DNA of 57,747 nucleotides, counting the filler, from Sphacelaria rigidula (lineage: Eukaryota): NCBI GenBank assembly GCA_964200075.2. It is 6 parts of 6 records of this genome, joined end to end, with 100 filler letters (N's around TTAATTAATTAA, not from the genome) between each part and the next. Parts side by side here need not be neighbours in the genome. Positions count along the whole stretch, not along the records: positions 48,209 to 57,747 come from CAXNAA020008266.1; 5 more parts are not named here. The stretch is one strand, 5' to 3'. The translations under genes were made by a program, and so were the position numbers. Below, piece by piece: positions 51,401 through 57,747 of this stretch. How positions within the stretch are numbered: position 1 is the first letter of the stretch; every line of letters starts with the position of its first letter. The notes under the pieces were generated by a model. The model did not search any database and was not told the DNA's origin. It saw nothing but the letters and a program-made list of their open reading frames with translations.

Positions 51401-54400
51401 TCGACGCCTGATCCCTTGCTGGATTTATCTCCACCTACTCCTGCCCTGCTCGCCCAGGGAGCCTCTCCCCTGCTGCCGCTCGCTTGCTGCACGGCTCGAC
51501 GCAGCGCTACGACTGTCACCACGTGGTACGCGCCGAGGGTCGTCGTCTTCACGCCATCCACGACCCCGTTAGAGCTGCCCGCGGACACCGACCACACCTG
51601 CCGCAGCACGCTCGACAAAAACCCTACGGCCAAATGCCCCGTCTCCACACCTGGCAAAAGGCCCTCAGCAGCCGCTTCCGCTACTGCAGCCGCCACGGCG
51701 GCCAAGCTGCTCAGTGCACGGTTGAGCACGGCGTTCCCAGCACCACCCGATCGTTGCTGCTGTTGCTGCTCATGCTGCAGGCCGCGTCGGCCGCTGTCGC
51801 CCACCGCCGTGGCCGCCAGCGTAATCACGTCTCGGCAGCAAGCGTCCAGATGGCGAAGCATTGCGCGCTGGAACACGCCAACGAGGGCACTATTTTCTTT
51901 GCCGAGCGGGCTGGGATGCCAAGCAGACATAGAATTGTGGTTGTCGCTGGACGACGGCGGCGCTACCGGCGCCGACCCCATAACAGCTGCACCGGCGTTG
52001 AAGAGACGGACAAGTGAAGGGAAGACGGGATTCCCCCCCGAGGAGACAACTTCAGCGATTACAAGCCGGAGAATCTCGGCGGGTGGGTGTACCGGAATGT
52101 CGTCGTCTGCAAATACTGCTGCTGCCGCTGCCGCTGCCGCTACGGGAGCCCGACCAGCGTCCATCTCCTCCCCACCGGTGCCATCTCCCGTTTCGTCCAC
52201 ATTGGCGCCGATTGCAACCTCGGGCTCGTCCCAAGTTCCTCCGAGCACATCAACCAACGCACCGACGACATCAGGTGACCGGCACGTCAGTCGGAACGAG
52301 GGATCATTCACGAGCGCCTCCCAAAACGCTGCGTTCACCACCGCGCTCGCTCTCTTCGCCCTCTTCCATTCGCTTACCTCTGGCGCCTCTGAACCACCAC
52401 CGCTTGCACCACTAGCCGATGGCGTCCTCTTCTCTTCCGTTGCCGCCGCCGCGGCGACCGCCCCAGCGCCTGTCACAACACCGGCCGCCTCAGCGCGCCG
52501 CACAAGCGCAGCGTTGGACCTCACTGCCGGTAGGAGAACCTTGGCGACGCACACCTGGACGAACGATCGCGGTTGCCCATTCCCGGCTTTTTTGGTGCCA
52601 ACAACGGGTGGTCCCGCAGCCGTCCCTGCGTTGCGCCGGAGGAGCGATAAGATCTTGGAGGCGCCCATGTCTTCGGCGGTGGCCGGGAGGGCCGCAACAG
52701 GCACACCAAGAGCGAGTGCGAGGGCGGTGAGGAGGATGGGGAGGGATGCGGAGTGGTACGGGAGACTAGTCGCCATTGCGCGATGGCCATCCGCCTCTTC
52801 GAAGGAGACCGCGAAGTCGTCCGATCCCTGCAGCATAGCCGCCAGCAGGCGGAAGGTCCATGCGACGCCCGCCTGGGTCAATCGATCGATTTGTGTGCAT
52901 GAGCGAAAACAACGAAGTGGAAATCCGGATAGGGGTGCATTGTGGTTCAGTGGGTGGGTGCCATGGTCAGCGATTCAGAAGCGCAAGCGGCGGTGGGAAA
53001 GATTGCCTACTGGTACGGGCAAACGGACTTAGCATCGGCCGCTACCACGTGCACTTGACTCTTATCAAGAGTTCAGATTGATTTGCCTCCACTCATTCAC
53101 ACGTTCTTCACGCGGAAGGCGACTGCCACGGGAACACAGCGGTACAGATGCGACACCACATTCGATAGACGAGTGCAGCAAACTTCATGCGTGCGAGAAA
53201 TGGGATACCTACTACAGCCACGATACGGCTGCTAAAGAAAGCATGAAGTACCGCCTTGAAGAAAACTACGGCAACAAGACATTGATCAGCTGCGTTTTTT
53301 CTCCGCACCTCCTCCCGACACGTCTCCAGCAATGAAATAAACCAGTCCGGCCTCAGGGCGCGATTGCAGACCGTCTTGAACAGCCTCCATCTGCCGACGT
53401 ACAACGGGCTGAGCAGCCCCACGCCATCCGCAGCAACATCCACCACTGGAGGGGCCCCATCAACCCAACGCTCCAGCCGACTCCCCCATGCCGCCGCACC
53501 ACCATCCCCGGCCGCACATCCACTCCCCAACGACATGTGTTCTACGGCGGCTTGCGCTTCTCTCGCACAGGGCGATCCTACGCCGCCAACATACATGCCT
53601 TCAGCCGCGAGCAATTCTCCTTTACTAGCGGCCGCAGTCGGCAGCGCCACTATCTCCAGCAGCATGCGCAGCAAGTACAGTCGCACCATGGCCTGTCCAG
53701 AGAGCACTTTATTCCCGGCGGAACCTTTGTCCCCGAGGAGCTTCGCTGCTTCTAGCACCGTCTCCGCTGCGGCGAACGCCGGTTCGGTGCCGGCGGCGCG
53801 TACTTCGCGGGCCCCGGTCGCCCCGCCGTCCGCGAGCGTGCTCAGTGTCGCCCCAATCACGCGGTCGAAATCGCGCTGGATAGTGCAAGTCGCCAGGACC
53901 CGCTGCAGCAGTAGCGTGCACGAGACCATGAAGCCATCACGCGTGTCCAAGCCAGCGGCGGCGACAGCCGCCGTGGGTCGCTTCACGCCGCCGAACCCAG
54001 CGATTGCAACGCGTACCTGCGGTTTTCCGGCGGCGCCATCAGCGCCGCCAGCAGCGCCGCGCTCGGATAGTGATGGCCCAGAAAAGGCAGCGGTGGTAGC
54101 ATCGGGGGCTGATGTGGACGATGATGTGGTCGCCGAAGGGGAGCATTCAGCGGAGGTGTCTGCGGATACCACGGTCACGGGCGCGGGAAGCGGCTCTGAC
54201 GCTTCCAGGAGGAAGTGAAGACCCCACCGGAACAGCCCAATACGGTGAAGGACCCTTGCGTTAAACCGACAGTATGGCTGTGGTATCAGGATATTCGGTG
54301 AGGCGGGGACCCACACACGTGAAGCAGCCGATTGACGGGGCACAGCAAGATTGAGCGATTGGAGGTGAGGGTAGTGAGGGGCATGGGTCGTGAAGGCGCG

Positions 54401-56403
54401 TTTTTTCCCTTCGTGCACCCACTAAACTGGGAAATGTCCGACGCGCGAACTTCTGCTCAACCCCATGCGTCTACGACCGCATGGGCGATGGTTTGCTGAG
54501 GCTAAGAAAGGGTCGAGAACCCTCGGTCTAAAACAAAATACCCCCTTAGACCGCAGGGAAATTACAAGCGAAAGAACGTTCAAGAATCGCATAACCACAA
54601 GCAAAACGCACAATCTTCATGCGTTTCCTCCATGGTGCCCGGGTTTGCTCAGGAAAATAAGCTCACCTTCACATTGTGAGGGGACACAAGGGAGTGCATA
54701 AGCTGCAGAACCGTCACCATGAGCGCCCTGTTGCCGAGTCCCCACACCTGACAATCCAACAGTGCAATACATATCCAGAATGACACAAGAACGCAAGATC
54801 AGAGGGTAGATAGTAACGGCGCAAACACCACTCATCCTTTTTTCCCAGCACCATATCACAGCACATGGCTAAGTATAACAAAACACAGGGGACGCGACAA
54901 TACAGCAGCTTGATGACTACGACTTTCTGAACAGACTTTTGACCATGCCACCCTATAACCGAGTTTGAGTTTAGAGATTCAACGCGCAAGAGACGCATCT
55001 GCTGAACTGAACAACTGCACTTCATGAAAAAACAAAATGCGCGTTGCCACCCCGTCTCATGAAAAGCAACACAGAAAGCTACTCTCACTACCGTCGACCG
55101 CGGGCACAAGCACACCGGTCAATTTGTCACCAAACGTCAAAAATATCTGAACAAATCGGGGCCGGCACAAACGATTACTCGAAGAATATTAGCTTGCAAC
55201 ACAGCACAAGCCAGGCGTGAAAGACGTTCTTGTGCGACACAGGATGTCATTACATGTATTTCAATGCAGCGTGAGAGCCAAGCCAGCCGCAAAACCACAC
55301 AAGCAAATATCGCCGTCGTACCAAGGTCGCATACCTTACTCTCACACACAAGTACCAAATCCGCCAAAACATAATACACTTTGTTCATAAAACCGACCTG
55401 GTGGTTCATCACGAGGTACTTCAACGCGTACGGGTCCGTGAGAAGGATAAATGGACAGACATTTCGCTTTCCATCACTACCCATTGCGCCCTCCGCAGCC
55501 TTTCCACCACCTTCCCCAGCCCCGCCGATATTGTCCAAGAATGCGGCGACGTGCTCCCGCCGCGAAAACGCCTTGTCTCTCTCCCAACCCCATGCGGCCA
55601 CCTTCTTCAGCTCTTCCGCCCGTTCGGCCGCCGTGAACTCACGGTCGTCGTCACCACCACTCCACGACCGATACCCACTCCTCTCGTCCGGTTTGTCACC
55701 TCTTCCCCCGCCACCGGCACCGCCTGCGCTGCCGCTGCTGTGCTCCCCTCTACCATCCCCCGCTCCCTCACCACCACCACCACCATCATCACTACCGTCT
55801 ACACCATCATCATCACACTCATCCAACCTCCTGCCTCCGTCGTACGCACGGTCGATGGCCATCTCGAAGCAAATCTTTGCGGTCGCCGGACCCAGCAGCG
55901 CCTGCCGACTGCGCAGCAACGCCGCGAGCACGAGATACCCGCCGCCGGTCTGCATGTATGCCACGCTCGACGGTCCGCCGCCGCGCACCGCCCTCCCGAT
56001 CAAGCGCAGCGTCGCGCACAGCGCCACCTCCGTCTGTGCCCGCTGCAGCAGCGGAAACAAGAGCGCTGGCCCGCCGGCGCCCGCCAGCGCGCGGGGCAAA
56101 CTCGAGGGCGTGACCCCGATGCTTGCCCCGTAAGCGCAGGCCACTGGCCCGGGTCCTACAGATGGGGGGCTGATCTCTCGCGCGACATTGAACAGCCACC
56201 CCGTGACGAGGGACGTCGATATCGCGGCGCGCTTCGCCGAGGACGGAACTTGCGACGGCCGCATTGATCCATCCGCGGTGTCATAGGACACGTCGCCAGC
56301 TGAGCGGCCGTCCCTGTCTTTGCTGGACGTGTCAGACACCGGGAATGCGGGCCCGGTGCCCGCGACCAAGGGGGGCGTCGGTCCGCCTGGCCTTTCCATA
56401 TGC
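48495..56403 (-). CDS. BEACH-domain (neurobeachin/NBEAL/LYST-like) protein, central part. Exons 56403-55398, 54747-54667, 54277-53309, 52872-50031, 49630-49410 and 49181-48495
   Basis: DUF4704-like AGGPALLFPLL...LRLIG..VR...MQTGGGYLVLAALLR and LVMNHQ|VWG. The pre-PH signature FKLDMDEGPERARLRLRPN is present. Six GT-AG exons are in consistent phase (0, 0, 0, 1, 0). The PH, BEACH and WD40 domains would lie beyond the contig. Confidence 0.8.
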
Positions 56404-56512
56404 CTGTTTAGTTTTTGTTCCGACACAAGAGCGACAGGTAGATGTGGGGTGTATGACGAGATATGCAGAGATCAGCGAAACAGGAATGGCGCCGTGCGCG
56501 GGGGGGGGAGGG

Positions 56513-57001
56513 GTGTACTCGTAATCTTGCATGCCGAAGTCATGGCGCCATTGACCTCACATCCTTTTCAAGTCAGGACGGAGCACGCCGGAGTTTCTCC
56601 GGGCCAGGCTCGCAATCACAAAGCAAGGAGCATCGTGACGTCTTCGGCGAGTCGCATGAGGGGTGACCTCCCTCTCGCTAAGATTGTTAGGCCCGAAGCG
56701 TACTGATTATCTTGCAAATGCATAGCAGCCTACAACCAGTTGCTTCATTTCCTGGTATTGTCGCTCCCACAGACAGCCACGGGCTACACTGCCTCATGGG
56801 TTTTCACCATTCAAACACTACGGAGTATCATCATCCCCTTACGCGGACTTCAGGTTCTGCACCCCGCACAATACGATCTAGCCCGACCACCATCAACCTA
56901 CCGCTGAGAAAAGTAAGCGAGAAAAAACGGTAACCTGGTTGCCTAGCTTACGCAGTGAGTAGCATGCTCTACAGGGTCGTTACTAACCGGATCCAGCCCT
57001 C
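56513..57001 (-). mobile_element. SINE family A, full length (~490 bp)
   Basis: Minus strand starts gagggctggatccggttag...cactgcgtaagctaggcaaccaggtt and ends gagtacac followed by a C-run. Confidence 0.8.
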
Positions 57002-57596
57002 AAAGAGCGACTGTGCAGGGGAGATGGGAGGGTACTAATGATAATTACGCATATCACATGGCCATTCACCTTGCGCCCCTGTAGCTTTGAATTAGAATCA
57101 TTCTCCGGGGATAGCCCTGGCTGCGTGAGCTAACCATTGTGCGAAAATATCACATGAAAGAAAGTCCAATCAGGCTGGTGTTCAAACGGTTACTACCGCA
57201 CATGCACATAAACACATGTATAGAACAAAAATCAGAATGCGGTCTATACTCGCACTCGTCCCAAAAAAGACTTGGTACCTTCAGAACAAACGTTGGGGTT
57301 AGGTCTATACACATCCCGCCCGGAGGAGATCGTACATGAACGACAAAAAAAATACACCAACCGGACGAGTGTGTAGCCCACGCACCTCGTGTTGTACGCA
57401 AACGTAACCTGTTCAGGCGCCAGAAGGAGGTAAAACGTGTCGGTAACACTCGCTCTATCTCGCCGATGCCAGTAGAACGCACGCTCCGTGACATTGAAGC
57501 ATTTATCAAGATCCCTCAATCCGCGCCGCGTGAGCGCGTGCGGTACATCTCCGCCGATAGCCGCGAACCCTGCCGCGCCTCCGAGCGCCTGAAATA

Positions 57597-57670
57597 GGGG
57601 TGAGGGGGCGCACTCATTTATTGTTCGCCTTAGTCGTTTGACCATTGACCACGCATTTCTTTCGAGACAG
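57597..57670 (-). mobile_element. LINE 3' terminal fragment
   Basis: gggggcgcactcatttattgttcgccttagtcgtttgaccattgaccacgcatttctttcgagac. Confidence 0.7.
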
Positions 57671-57747
57671 AGGGGGGGGGGGGGGGGGGGGAAAAAAAAA
57701 AAAAAAAATAAAAACAACAAAAAAAAAAAAAAAAAAAAATAAAATAT

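Noticed and set aside
51386..53032. 548-aa plus-strand ORF and other long antisense ORFs (48334, 53364, 55381, 55401)
   Set aside because: These are shadows of the GC-rich minus-strand BEACH exons and contain no independent motifs.

Overview
Eukaryotic, intron-rich and repeat-rich DNA, most consistent with a brown alga (Phaeophyceae, probably a large-genome species). That assignment is an inference from gene style, splice sites and the nuclear Fd-GOGAT. The window is not one locus: it is six contigs of 9544, 9543, 9542, 9540, 9539 and 9539 bp, sorted by length and joined by identical 100-nt N44-TTAATTAATTAA-N44 spacers, so adjacency across spacers is artificial. Four partial spliced genes can be rebuilt by hand with phase-consistent GT-AG junctions, all on the minus strand: serine O-acetyltransferase (2 exons), an arylsulfatase B-like S1 sulfatase (4 exons), ferredoxin-dependent glutamate synthase (5 exons) and a large BEACH/neurobeachin-like protein (6 exons). 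There are also two poorly defined plus-strand coding candidates. The rest is decayed LINEs, a Ty3/Gypsy integrase relic, about four tRNA-headed SINE-like families, several MITEs and long inverted repeats. The best candidate for an undescribed system is a SINE/LINE pair sharing a poly(A)-less 3' end (GTCAATGGTC...GACTAAGGCA...GAGTAC) that usually runs into C-rich tracts. One 56-bp copy with a 13-bp target-site duplication sits inside a LINE's RT catalytic motif.
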